Positions 13,702-27,919 are shown, numbered from the stretch's first letter. The stretch is DNA of 64,000 nt from Flaccisagitta enflata (GCA_965153355.1 OZ231126.1:2418001-2482000); one strand, 5' to 3'. A program made the numbers and translations. Notes: a model not told the origin generated them from the sequence alone.

Positions 13702-15336
13702 GTCCCCGACGAAAAGTTTTCGTCGGTGACTATGAGGTGGACCTGATCGTGTAGTCTGTTTGTTGTTTGTTTGTTGTTGTTTGTTTAAAACTTTCTCATA
13801 TCTTTTGAACCAGACTTCAGAATTTCTCATATCTTTTGAACCAGACTTCAGAATTTCATGAAACTTTACTAGTGTTATTTTTATGTCAATGGGCGCTTGT
13901 ATACCAATTTTCAGAAAAATTCATTAGCTTTTACTACCCTTTGCCTATTATTTTTGTAGAAATATTTTACTGGACTTAGGCAATTTACATAGGTAGAGGG
14001 TAGTAAACCTATGTGAATTTTTTTTTAATTTGATATACAAGTAAAGGGTACTAAATAAACAACCCCTGCAAAATTCGAATTAAATCTGAAGTCTGGTTTA
14101 TGAGATATTAGCTTATTTATGTAGTAATATGTTACTATGACTTAGGCAGTTTACATAGGCAAAGGGTAGCAAAGTTATGTGAATTTTTTTTTAATTTGGT
14201 ATACAAGTAAAGGATATTAATTGAACTGCCCCTGCAAAGTTTGAATTAAATCTGAAGTCTGGTTTATAAGATATTAGCTTATTAATGTAGTAATATGTTA
14301 CTAGGACTTGAGCGATTTATATAGAGGATTGGAGTTGATGAATTCTTTTACTTGCTCATTTATTTCATTCCGATTTTTCTTTAGGTTTGGCATCATGGAT
14401 TTCAAGATTCATCTTCAACTACTGTCATCATCTTTAACCACTGTCATCATCTTCAACTACTGTCATCATCTTCAACTACTGTCATCATCTTCAACTACTG
14501 TCATCATCTTCAACTACTGTCATCATCTTCAACTACTGTCATCATCTTCAACTACTGTCATCATCTTTAACTACTGTCATCATCTTTAACCACTGTCATC
14601 ATCTTCAACTACTGTCATCATCTTCCACTACTGTCATCATCTTCAACTACTGTCATCATCTTCAACTACTGTCATCATCTTCAACTATTGTCATCATCTA
14701 CAACTACTGTCATCATCTACAACTACTGTCATCATCTACAACTACTGTCATCATCTACAACTACTGTCATCATTTTAACTACTGTCATCATCTTCAACTA
14801 CTGTCATCATCTCCAACTACTGTCATCATCTTCAACTACTGTCATCATCTTCAACTACTGTCATCTTCAACTACTGTCATCATCCTCGACTACAGTCATC
14901 ATCTTCAACTACCAAATTTTTCTGATAAAATTTTTTGAAAAAAAAAATTTTTGAAATTTTTTGAAAAAAAAATTTCAAAATTTTTTTTTGAAAATTTTTT
15001 TGAAATTTTTTTTTTTGAACTCTTTTATTTTTTATTTTTTTTTTTTTGAAAAATTTTAAAAATTTTTTTAAAAAATTTATTATTGATTTTTTTTTTGAAA
15101 ATTTTGTTTAAAATTTTTTTGAATATTTTTTTTTCAGATTTTTATTATCATTATCATTCATTGTTGTCATCATCATCATCTACTATTGTTATCATTAAAA
15201 CAATATTGAATATTTTTTTTCTTTTTTTTTCTTGAGATTGCTGTCTTGTAGTGTATCTCATCGAGTTGCGTTTACGCAACGAGAAAGCTTAAAAAATTAC
15301 AGTCCCCAGTCGGGGACTGTAATTTTGAAGCTTTTT
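13702..15336 (+). mobile_element. Non-autonomous Helentron/DINE-1-like element, copy A
   Basis: Same 5' GTCCCCGAC hairpin and 3' palindrome as 4886/9913; inserted in a TTTTT run of the foldback arm. Confidence 0.85.
14410..14912. repeat. 19-bp minisatellite ACTGTCATCATCTTCAACT
   Basis: Directly visible tandem array inside copy A. Confidence 0.95.
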
Positions 15337-15912
15337 GTCCCCGACGAACAGTTTTCGTCGGTGACTATGAAGTAGCAGTGATGTGTAGTCTGTCGTCTGT
15401 CTGTCGTCTGTCTGTCGTCTGTTTAAAACCTTCTTATATTTTTGGAACCAGACTTCAGAATTTTTTGAAACTTTGCTGGTGTTGTTTATAGGTCAATAGG
15501 AGCTTGTGTACCAATTTTCAGAAAAATTCACTAACTTTTACTACCCTTTGCCTATTATTTTTATGGCAATATTTTACTGGACTTAGGCGATTTACATAGG
15601 TAGAGGGTAGTAAACTTATGTAAATCGCCTAAGTTTGGTATACAAGTAAGGTCACTAAATTATCAGCCCTGCAAAATTCAGATTAAATCTGAAGTCTAGT
15701 TCATAAGATATTAGCTATTTTATGTAGTAATATGTTACTGGGACTTAGGCAATTTACATAGGCAAAGGGTAGTAAAAGTTAGTGAATTTTTTTAAAACTT
15801 AGTCAACAGGTAAATAATGTCAATTAAACAGCTCCTGCAAAATTCGATTTAAATCTGAAGTCTGGTTTATGAGATATAGACTTATTTATGTAGTAATATA
15901 TTACTGTTGTGG

Positions 15913-15986
<74 letters not shown>

Positions 15987-16653
15987 ACATACACACATAC
16001 ACACATACACACATACACACACATACACACAGAGAGAGAGAAAGAGAGAGTGTGTGTGTGTGTGTTTTTTCTTCCCGTGGACTGTTTTAAAAACAGATAT
16101 TGCTAATATTGCATAAAATAACCCATGCCATTCCTCTAAAAAAAGGTTTGCCGTCAAGGACTCCAAGGACCAAGGTTTGCCTTCTTGGACTTCAGTGTTT
16201 AATGTTCAAGGTATGCCGTCATGGACTTTAAGGTATGCCGTTATGGACTTTAAGGTATGCCGTTATGGACTTTAAGGTATGCCGTTATGGACTTTAAGGT
16301 ATGCCGTTATGGACTTTAAGGTGTGCCGTCATGGACTTTAAGGTATGCCGTCATGGACATTTAAGTATGCATGCCATCATGGACATCAAAATTTTTTTTT
16401 TTTTTGAAAAAAATTTTTATATTTTTTTTAATTTTTTTTTTAAAAAAATTTTTTTTTTGAAATTTTTGAAATTTTTTAAATTTCTTTTTTTTTAAATTTT
16501 TTTTGAAATTTTTTTTTTTGAATTTTTTTTTTGAAATTTTTTTTAAATTTTTTTAAATTTTTTTTTTTGAATCGTGTCTTCTCAGTCGCGTTTACGAGCA
16601 GAAACTTTCAAAATTACAGTCCCCAGTCGGGGACTGTAATTTTGAAGCTTTTT
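15337..16653 (+). mobile_element. Non-autonomous Helentron/DINE-1-like element, copy B (head-to-tail with copy A)
   Basis: Junction GAAGC-TTTTT-GTCCCCGAC at 15327-15345; carries (CA)n and a 22-bp satellite at ~16205-16390. Confidence 0.85.
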
Positions 16654-18276
16654 AGCACCTGCTTCTAGAGTCTCCCAAAAATTTTGAGGGTCATATCGAT
16701 CAAAAATTTCACCAGATTCAGTTAGAGCATCAAAAACTCTTCAATTTGGTCACCAATTTCATCTAAATTTGTTCATCCAAAGCGGAGATATATCAAAAAT
16801 TGTAAAAAATGTCAAAATCGACCACTAGATTCATTTGGAAAAAAACCCTCAAACCCTTCCATCTTTGAAAAGCGCTCAAATCTTAACAAAAACTGATAGC
16901 AACATGCGGATTGCACCACTGGCTAGCTCTTGAGCTCTAGCTTCATAATCTCATGGATTTTAGGTCAAATTGCAAAAGCAAAGTGGCCCAATTTTGAGCC
17001 CAAAGTGACTGAATTTCAACATTTTCACCACAACCACCATTGAGTGGTGATAAATAAATGGAACTCGCGGTCCCTAAAATGGATCAAAGATCCCAAATCT
17101 CTTTTGAACTAGGTAAAAATATTATAAAAATAATCAAAAACGATCGGGTACACAGGTTTTGAGCACATGAGGGGGAAAACATACCGTCAACTCTTCAATC
17201 ATACCGGTTTTTGTCAGTGATTCTATCGGTTTGAGACCTTATTTGAATAGGCTAGTTAATCATGTGTACGTATGTATGAAAGTTGAAACAACATTGCCCA
17301 TGAGAGAATTGTGGGTACGTTTCTAAGGGCGGCCTCCTGGTTGTTAGGTAAATGAAACAAAAGTTATTACCCTGACTTCCCCGCTTACCGATCTCCGTTG
17401 CAACTGATACAATCTTTTGACATATCTAGATCTAAACCTTCGCTCGTCTTCGCCTGTCTAGAGGGATTTACCAATTCAACTTTTAAGGTGGCCGGTCTGA
17501 AGGAGTGACCGTGTTGCTATATTTTTAAAAATAATACTATCAAATTTTACATCATTAGATAGCCTAGCGTTTAAGCTTTCCTCGGTTGTTCTTACTTTTC
17601 AAATACTCCTAATATTTCAGGTGTAGTGATCAAAAGACGAAAGGTAGTTCATGATTTTACAAAGCGCTCAAACTGTGAAATGCGCTAAGAATCTGAGAAC
17701 AAAACATGTTTGTGACTTTTTTCTCCTAAGTGGCGGAATCTGTCGTGACTTTTTACCCAAACTTTGAAAGCTCCATATCTTTTAGGCGGATTGACGGATT
17801 GACTTGATTTTTGTATGGTAATTATTTGACCTTGTTGCTAATATGTCAAGATTCGAAATTTCAGATATTGCAACCAGCCCGAACCAGCCTACCTATCCAA
17901 AAATTTCAAATTAGCGTAGCCAAAAAAGTGTTGTATGAAATTTCCTGAAATTTTGCATGAATAACCATCCAACCCCTGGACTAATCCTAGGTGAGTTGTA
18001 TGGCGATCACATGATTACTTTGGCCGTAATCACATGAAACATTTTTTTCGTTAGAAAGCTATTCAGTACTAGTCCACAGATTCCAAAGCAAAGCTCCTAA
18101 CGTGGAATATTAATGATGAATCCATCCTTTGATGTCATCTTAATAACAGCATCGCATATTTGCTCCTTGGTCTGAGCGTCTTCATCTTAAAAAAATAATA
18201 AACTTATTCTAACTCAACAAATTCCGTTCACTATCGAAGCTTTCAGGCGACGGAACTTAGTAGAGTGTGTTTTAAG

Positions 18277-21200
18277 CAGGGTGGGGAACGGTACCAAAGT
18301 TTTAGCACTTTTTAGCGCGTTTTTAGCACCGAGACTTGGGCGTTTTTCCGACTTTTCCTTTTTGTTGGAGTTGATGACCCGTCGACGCAAACCCTGTCCC
18401 GACGCGAGGGGTTTCATTTATCACCGTTTTCCGCGAAAAATGAGCCGCGGAAATTTTCCGCTTGAAAAGTTAGAGTTCGAATTCTAATTGTTAGAATTCG
18501 AACTCTAACTTTTAGAATTCGAATTCTAATTGTTAGAGTTCGGGTTTGAACTCTAACTTTAAGAGTTCAAGCTTGAATTCTAATTTTTAGAGTTTGAGTT
18601 TGAACTCTAATATTTAGAATTCGAATTCTAATTTTTAGAATTTGAGCTTGAACTCTAATTTTTAGAATTCGAATTCTAATTTTTAGAATTAGAGCTTGAA
18701 CTCTAATATTTAGAATTTGAATTCTAATTTTTAGAATTCAAGCTTGAACTCTAATTTTCAGAATTCAAATTCTAATTTTTAGAATTCTACTTCTATTTTT
18801 AGAATTCGGGCTTGAACTCTAGTTTTGGGAATTCAATTTCTAATTTTTAGAATTCAAGAATAGACTCTAATTTTTAGAATTCGAATTCTGATTTTTCAAA
18901 TTAAAACTTGAACTCTAATTTTCAGAATTCATTTTCTAACCCCGAGGTACTCCATCATGGACTTCAAGGTACACCATCATGGACTTCAAGGTACACCATC
19001 ATGGACTTCAAGGTACGCCATCATGGACTTTGAGGTATGCCATCATGGACTAAAAGGTATGCCATCTTTGATCGCGCAGGTGGAGTACGCCGTCTTCTGC
19101 AAAATTTATGACATTTTAAGCTGGCGCTCGGCGCTAGAGTCAAACTCGAAAAGTTGGAGTCTAAAAGTTAGAGTCAAATTTTTAGACTCTAACTTTTAGA
19201 GTCTAAAAGTTGGAGTCTAAAAATTCGACTCTAACTTTTAGAGTCTAAAAATTAGAGTCGAATTTTTAGACTCTAACTTTTCGAGTTTGACTCTAACTTT
19301 AGAGTCTAAAAATTAGAGTCAAATTTTGAGACTCTTTTAACTTTTCGAGTTGGACTCTAACTTTCAAGAGTCTAAAAATTAGAGTCGAATTTTTGGAATA
19401 CCTTTTAGAGTCAAAACCTTAGTCAAATGTTTACTCTTAATTATCGAGTTTGACTCTTTAACTCTCTGAGTTTGATTCCAACTTTTTGAGTTTGACTCAC
19501 TATTTGAGTTTGACTCCGATTGCTTTCTAGTTTGACTCCAAATGTATTCGAGTTTTACTCCAACTGTATTGAATTAGACTAACATGAGTGAAATTGAACT
19601 GTCTGACTGCAACTAATTGAGCGCAATAATTGTCTATCTCGATGCTAGTAAATGATACTTATTCCTCAAAATGAAAGTAGACTCGTGTTCTCGACTTTTT
19701 GACCACGTAAAACCGATTATTTGACAAGGTCTGTGTGGTAGTAAATTCTGTTGTGTAGAGACTTATATGCCATCATGGACTTCAAGATGTGCCCTCATGG
19801 ACCTCAAGGTATGCCATCATGGATTTCAAGCTATGTCATCATGGACTGCAAGGTATGCCACTTTGCTATTTCCAGGGTGGAGAACGCCACAGATTTTTTA
19901 GCACTTTTTAGCGCGTTTTTAGCACCAAGACTTTGGCGTTTTTCCGACTTTTCCTTTATGTTGGAGTTGATTACCCGTCGATGCGAACCCTGTCCCGACG
20001 CGAGGGGCTTCATTTATCACCGTTTTCCGTGAAAAATGAGCCGCGGAAATTTTCCGCTTGAAAAGTTAGAGTTCGAATTCTAATTGTTAGAATTCGAACT
20101 CTAACTTTTAGAATTCGAATTCTAATTGTTAGAGTTCGGGTTTGAACTCTAACTTTTAGAGTTCGAACTTGAATTCTAATTTTTAGAGTTCAAGTTTGAA
20201 CTCTAATATTTAGAATTCGAATTCTAATTTTTAGAATTCGAGCTTGAACTCTAATTTTTAGAATTCGAATTCTAATTTTTAGAATTCGAATTCTAATTTT
20301 TAGAATTCGAATTCGAATTTTTAGAATTCGAATTTCAATTTTTAGAATTCAAGCTTGAACTCTAATTTTCAGAATTCAAATTCTAACTTTTAGAATTCGA
20401 CTTCTATTTTTAGAATTCAGGCTTGAACTCTAGTTTTGGGAATTCGATTACTGATTTCTAGAATTCAAGTATGGACCCTAATTTTTAGAGTTTGAATTCT
20501 GATTTTTCAAATTGAAGCTTGAACTCTAATTTTCAGAATTCATTTTCTAACCCCGAGGTACGCCATCATGGACTTCAAGGTATGCCATCATGGACTTCAA
20601 GGTATGCCATCATGGACTTCAAGGTACGCCATCATGGACTTCAAGGTATGCCATCATGGACTTCAAGGTATGCCATCATGGACTTCAAGGTATGCCATCT
20701 TTGATCGCGCAGGTGGAGTATGCCGTCTTCTGCGAAATTTATGACATTTTAAGCTGGCGCTCGAATTGGACTCTAAAAGTTAGAGTCAAACTTGAAAAGT
20801 TGGAGTCTAAAAGTTAGAGTCGAATTTTTAGACTCTAACTTTTAGAGTCTATAAGTTGGAGTCTAAAAATTTGACTCTTAACTTTTAGAGTCAAAAAATT
20901 AGAGTCGAATTTTTAGACTCTAACTTTTCGAGTTTGACTCTGACTTTTAGAGTCTAAAAATTAGAGTCAAATTTTAGACTTTTTAACTTTTCGAGTTGCA
21001 CTCTAACTTTCAGAGTCTAAAAATTAGAGTCGAACTTCTGGACTACCTTTCAGAGTCAAAACCTTAGTTGAATTTTTAGACTCTTAATAATCGAGTTTGA
21101 CTCTAACACTCTGAGTTTGATTCCAACTTTTCGAGTTTTACTCACTACCATTTGAGTTTGACTCTAACCGTACTCGAGTTTGACTCTGATTGCTTTCTTG

Positions 21201-21780
21201 TTTGACTCCAAATGTATTCAAGTTTTACTCCAACTGTATATGAGTTAAATTCAACTGTCTGATTGCAACTAATTGAGCGCAATAATTGTTCATCTCGATG
21301 CTAGTAATTGATATTTATTCCTCAAATTGAAAGTAGACTCGTGTTCTTGACTTTTTGACCACGTAAAACCGATTATTTGACACGGTCTGTGTGGTAGTAA
21401 ATTCTGTCGTATAGAGACTTATATGCCATCATGTACTTCAAGGTGTGCCCTCATAGACCTCAAGGTATGCCATCATGGACTTCAAGGTATGCCATCATGG
21501 ACTTCAAGGTATGCCATCATGGATTTCAAGGTATGCCATCATGGACTTTGAGGTATGCCATCATGGACTTCGAGGTATGCCATCATGGACTTCGAGGTAT
21601 GCCATCATGGACTTCGAGGTATGCCATCATGGACTTCGAGGTATGCCATCATGGACTTTGAGGTATGCCATCATGGACTGCAAGGTATGCCATCATGGAC
21701 TGCAAGGTATGCCATCATGGACTTCAAGGTATGCCATCATGGACTTCAAGGTATGCCGTCATGGAGTTGTCAACAAAAAC
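18277..21780 (+). repeat. Tandem duplication of a ~1.6-kb terminal module (copies start 18277 and 19873)
   Basis: Both copies read: terminus, GAATTC-rich ~21-bp satellite, 22-bp satellite, GATCGCGCAGGTGGAGTA spacer, GACTCTAA satellite, unique spacer, 22-bp satellite. Confidence 0.9.
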
Positions 21781-23399
21781 AGAATTATGTTTTGAAACCA
21801 TTTCCAGAGACCGATTTCTGTAATCATCTCTGCAGAATACTGGTAAAAATGTTTCATGCATTCAGAAATAAGATCATTTAAAAAAATGTGAAATAGCTTC
21901 TAAATGTTAGAATTTTAATTCAAATTTTTTTCAATTCAAGTTCTAATTCCAATTCTAATTTTTTAAAAATCGAGCTTAATCCTTGAATATAAAATCCAGA
22001 TTTCATATTCAATTTTTAGGAATTTGAAATCTGATTTTTAGTTAGCTTCGCGACACCTGGCTATGTTTTACTAGTTCAGTATTTATTAGCTTTGTGAGCT
22101 CACTGCTCCTGCCCATTTGCATGTGAGAGGTGTAGCCATGTATCCAGCCTTGTTAAAAATAAAATTCTAATACTATCTTGGTCAAATTAAGTCCTCGCAA
22201 TTGAATTTAGTTCTTAAACTTTGAAGATTGATCAGAAAAACCTGTTTTCTTCTTACAGAAATTTATTTTAGCATATTTTGGCATTAGATATAGCTTTTAT
22301 AGTGATTGTTATTGTCTCATATAGCAGCGTTACTGATTTGCATGTGACTGGTTTCTCATCTCTTTATCTGTTTTTGCCACTTGGGTTTTATGGTGAGGCT
22401 TGTACTAATTCTATTGGAAATTCTAAACGATTTGAGCTAATGAGCTCTACTTGGTGGCAAATGAAAGCTCTTTTGAAGTTCTTTACAGCGGTCATCGATT
22501 TTCTTATGTGTCTATAATTTCTATGTGTAGAAAATATCCAAATAAAACTGCTGGAATTTCAAAAATGGAAATCAATGATATTTACCTTAGAGATCAAAAT
22601 GAATCATTTTACTATTTCTGCTGTAAAATCTAAAAGAGTTGAGCTACAGAGGTCTGCGTAGTGGTGTTAGATCGCATTTTTGCATAGCTTTCCAGTGGTC
22701 AACAATTTCTATATGTTTGTTGATTAATCTGGCCACAATGTAAGAAAACATGCCGGACTCTTAATTTGACCGAGATAGTACTTAGAATTCAAGTTTGTAT
22801 CTTTGATATGCCATCAATAACTTCCATGTATGCCATCAACAATTACAAGGTATGCCAATTACAACTTTATGTTATGGCTGGTATACCATCAATGATGTCA
22901 ATTGTCAAAGTATACCATCAATGGAGCACTGATAGAGCGCACAAGCTAATAAGGCACCTGTAAGGCATACAATTCGCTGTCCCATGAGCAATTTTTTAGT
23001 TATTTCTATATTGGCAATGAGGCAGCTACATTATAGGGCATAATTTTGCACAGTCCCCTGAAATGTGTCTAGTGAGGTTCAACTGTATGCTTATCACGAC
23101 TTTATGGTGTGCCATCGACGATTCCAAGATGTGCTTTATACAATTTTCAAGGTATGACACTAACAATGTCAACATCCTCCAATTACAATTTTATGGTATG
23201 CCCTCAATGATTTATAAGTATGCCAATTACAACTTCAGGGGGGTTACAGGTTTTTTTTTTATCAGAAGCTAGATTTTTTTTGTAATGATCTCTCGAAAAA
23301 AAATTGTATGTTTACCTATTTCTGGACACAGGTTTCTGCATTTGCTTCTGTTTAGGAAATTCAGGCATGCCAACAAATATAATTACAGAAATCATTATT

Positions 23400-26300
23400 A
23401 TTTTTAGAAAAAAATGCAGAAACCAATTCCTCTTTTCTAAGCCCATTATATATACTCTGAAATAGTTACAGAAATGAGAATTTATTTCTAGAACTATTCA
23501 AAGACATATCTCCCATTTCTGAATATTAAATCCCCCTGTAAACCCCTACCTTATTAGCCCCTCCCAATCTAGGAACTTGACTCAGTAAACAAATTTTGAA
23601 TTGCAGAAATAAACTAAGAAATAATCATTTCTGTAATTATTGCTTTTCTATTAGGTGACACACTATTTACAGAAATGATTTCATTTCTGTGTTTATTTCT
23701 GTAAATGAAAATGAGTGTAATTATGCCCATTTCTAGGATCAAGTTCCTGGATTGGGAGGGGCCATATAGGTAGGGGTTTATTTGGGGTTTTAGTAATCAG
23801 AAATGAATCCATTTCAGTAATTATTTTTAGAAACGCGACCAGTTTTCTGTGGTTGTTTCTGTAATGAAAAAAAAAACCCTTCAAATCAATTCTGCATTAG
23901 TTTCTCTTTTCTAAGCCTATTCTATCATTTTCAGAAATAGTTACAGAAATGAGATTCTATTTCCAGAAATTATCACAGAAATATTTCTCATTTCCGAACA
24001 TTAAATCCCCCTGCAAACCCCTACCTTATTAGCCCCTCCCAATCAAGGAACTTGACCCTGTAAACGAATTTTCAATTGCAGAAATAAACTCAGAAATAAA
24101 ATCATTTCTGTAATTATTGCTGTTCTATAAGGTGACACACTATTTACAGAAATGATTTTATTTCTGTGTTTATTTCTGTAAATAAAAATGAGTGCATGGC
24201 CATGTAAATGAATTTTCTGTTGCAGAAATAAACTCAGAAATGAAATCATTTCTGTAATCATCCCTGTTTTATATGGTGACACACTATTTGCAGAAATGAT
24301 TTTATTTGTGTTAATTTCTGTAGATGAAAATGAGTGTCATTATGCCCATTTCTAGGAACAAGTTCCTGGATTGGGAGGGGCTATAAAGGTAGGGGTTTAT
24401 TGGGGTATTTAGTCATCAGAAATGAAATCCATTTCTGTAATTGTTTCTAAATATGCAACCAGTTTTCTGTAGTTGTTTCTGTAATGATAAAAAACCTTCA
24501 AATCAATTCTGCATTAGTTTCTCTTTTATAAGCCTATCCTTTTATTTCCAGAAATAGTTACAGAAATGAGAATCTATTTCCAGAAATAATCACAGAAATA
24601 TTTCCCATTTCTGTACATTAAATCCCCCTGTAAACCCCTACCTTATTAGCCCCTCCCAATCTAGGAACTTGACCCTGTAAACGAATTTTGAATTGCAGAA
24701 ATGAACTTAGAAATAAAATCGTTTCTGTAATTATTGCTGTTCTATAAGGTGACACACTATTTACAGAAATGATTTTATTTCTGTGTTTATTTCTGTAAAT
24801 GAATGAGTGTATGACCATGTAAATGAATTTTCAATTGCAGAAATGAACTCAGAAATGAAATCATTTCTGTAATCATCCCGGTTCTATAAGGTGACACACT
24901 ATTTACAGAAATGATTTTATTTCTGTGTTTATTTCTGTGAATGAAAATGAGTGTCATTATGCCCATTTCTAGGATCAAGTTCCTGGATTGGGAGGGGCTA
25001 TAAAGGTAGGGGTTTATTGGGGGATTTAGTAATCAGAAATGAAATCCATTTCTGTAGTTATTCATAGAAATGAGACATGGTTTCTGTAGTTGTTTCTGTA
25101 ATGAAAAAAAAAAAACCTTCAAATCAATTCTGCATTAGTTTCTCTTTTCTAAGCCTATTCTATTATTTCCAGAAATAGAGAAATGAGATTCTATTTCCAG
25201 AAATAGTTACAGAAATGAGATTCTATTTCCAGAAATAATCACAGAAATAATTCTCATTTCTGAACATTAAATCCCCCTGTAAACCCCTACCTTATTAGCC
25301 CCTCCCAATCAAGGAACTTGACCCTGTAAACGAATTTTCAATTGCAGAAATAAACTCAGAAATAAAATCATTTCTGTAATTATTGCTGTTCTATAAGGTG
25401 CCACACTATTTACAGAAATGATTTTATTTCTGAGTTTATTCCGGTAAATAAAAATGAGTGTATGACCATGTAAATGAATTTTCAATTGCAGAAATAAACT
25501 CAGAAATGAAATCATTTCTGTAATCATCCCTGTTCTATACGGTGACACACTATTTACAGAAATGATTTTATTTCTGTGTTTATTTCTGTGAATGAAAATG
25601 AGTGTCATTATGCCCATTTCTAGGATCAAGTTCCTGGAATGGGAGAGGCTATAAAGGTAGGGGTTTATTGGGGGATTTATTCATCAGAAATGAAATCCAT
25701 TTCTGTAATTATTCCTAGAAATGAGACCAGATTTCTGTAGTTGTTACTGTAACGTAAAAAAACCTTTGAATCAATTCTGCATTAATTTCTCTTTTCTAAG
25801 CCCATTGTATTATTTCCAGAAATAGTTACAGAAATGAGAATCTATTTCCAGAAATAATCACAGAAATATTTCCCATTCCCGTACATTAAATCCCCCTATA
25901 AACCCCTACCTTATTAGCCCCTCCCAATCTAGGAACTTGACCCTGTAAACAAATTTTGAATTGCAGAAATGAACTTAGAAATAAAATCATTTCTGTGATT
26001 ATTGCTGTTCTATATGGTGACACACTATTTACAGGAATGATTTTATTTCTGTGTTCATTTCTTCAAATGAAAATGAGTGTATGACCATGTAAATGAATTT
26101 TCAATTGCAGAAATAAACTCAGAAATGAAATCATTTCTGGAATCATCCCTGTTCTATATGGTGACACACTATTTGCAGAAATGATTTTATTTGTGTTTAT
26201 TTCTGTAAATGAAAATGAGTGTTGTTATGCCCATTTCTAGGATCGTTCCTGGATTGGGAGGGGCTATAAAGGTAGGGGTTTATTGGGGGATTTAGTCATC

Positions 26301-27850
26301 AGAAATGTAATCTATTTCTGTAAATATTTCTAGAAACGAGACCAGTTTTCTGTAGTTGTTTCTGTAATGAAAAAAACCTTCAAATCTATTCTGCATTAAT
26401 TTCTCTTTTCTAAGCCTACTCTATTATTCCCAGAAATAGTTACAGAAATGAGAATTTATTTCCAGAAATAATCACAGGAATGAGAATTTATTTCCAGAAA
26501 TAATCACAGAAATGAGAATTTATTTCCAGAAATAATCACAGAAATATTTCCCATTTCTGAACATTAAATCCCCCTGTAAACCCCTACCTTATTAGCCCCT
26601 CCCAATCAAGGAACTTTACCCTGTAAACGAATTTTCAATTGCAGAAATAAACTCAGAAATATATTTATTTCTGTAATTATTGCTGTTCTATAAGGTGACA
26701 CACTATTTACAGAAATAATTTTATTTCTGTGTTTATTTCTGTAAATGAAAATGAGTGTATGACCATGTAAACAAATTTTCAATTGCAGAAATAAACTCAG
26801 AAATAAAATCGTTTCTGTAATTATCCCTGTTCTATAAGGTGACACACTATTTACAGAAATGTTTTTATTTCTGTGATTATTTCTGTAAATGAAAATGTGT
26901 GTCATTATGCCCACTTCTAGGATCAAGTTCCGGGATTGGGAGGGGCTATAAAGGTAGGGGTTTATTGGGGGATTTAGTCATCAGAAATGTAATCTATTTC
27001 TGTAATTATTTCTAGAAACGAGACCAGTTTTCTGTAGTTGTTTCTGTAATGAAAAAAACCTTCAAATCTATTCTGCAGTAATTTCTATTTTCTAAGCCTA
27101 TTCTATTATACCCAGAAATAGTTACAGAAATGAGAATTTATTTCCAGAAATAATCACAGGAATGAGAATTTATTTCCAGAAATAATCACAGGAATGAGAA
27201 TTTATTTCCAGAAATAATCACAGAAATATTTCCCATCACTGAATATTAAATCCCCCTGTAAACCCCTACCTTATTAGCCCCTCCCAATCAAGGAACTTAA
27301 CCCTGTAAACGAATTTTCAATAGCAGAAATAAACTCAGAAATAATATCATTTCTGTACTTATTGACGTCCTATAAGCAGACACACTATTTACAGAAATAA
27401 TTTTATTTCTGTGTTTATTTCTGTAAATGAAAATGAGTGTCCATTTATAGGATCAAGTTCCTGGATTGGGCGGGGCTATAAAGGTGGGGGTTTTTTGGGG
27501 ATTTAGTCATCAGAAATGAAATCCATTTTTGTAATTATTTCTAGAAACATCTAACCTCGATACGTAAAAGCAAACTCACTCTTGGGGGAAATAATTTGTT
27601 TCTGTAATTTACAGAAATAAACATGTAAATGAAATCATTTTTGTACAAGTTAGCTTCCTACGAAGAAACACTTTTACTGCAGAAATGATTTTATCTCTGT
27701 TTCTGTCATTCATTAAAAGAATAATTTTGATTAGTTCTAGGAAAAACTTTCTGGATTGGGAGGGCTAAAAGGTGGTTATGAATGGAATTAGTTTCTGTTA
27801 AATATTTTTAGAAACATGTTTCTGTGACTGTTACTAGACTTAAATTAGGT
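23400..27850 (-). repeat. ~620-680-bp complex satellite (ACAGAAAT-rich, internal ~45-bp inverted repeats)
   Basis: AAATCCCCCTGTAAACCCCTACC recurs near 23528, 24003, 24619, 25269, 25888, 26566, 27248. Confidence 0.95.
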
Positions 27851-27919
27851 TTCTGCATTTGTTTCGATTCAGAAAATTTAACAAGGTATCTGAACAATGC
27901 TGCCCTTGGGTGAATTATT

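Larger units (their letters stand above)
12778..17190. mobile_element. Foldback DNA element (~1.46 kb palindrome, ~700-bp arms) in PHKA intron 7, interrupted by a Helentron-like dimer
   Basis: TTGACGGTATGTTTTCCCCCTCATGTGCTCAAAACCT at 12778, with reverse complement ending 17190. 8-bp TSD CTCTTCAA (12770-12777, 17191-17198). Axis near 13510. Confidence 0.92.

Noticed and set aside
17484-18090. TTAA-GG start of a possible Kolobok-like element, or a missing PHKA exon 8
   Set aside because: No matching second terminus found and no PhK-like reading frame
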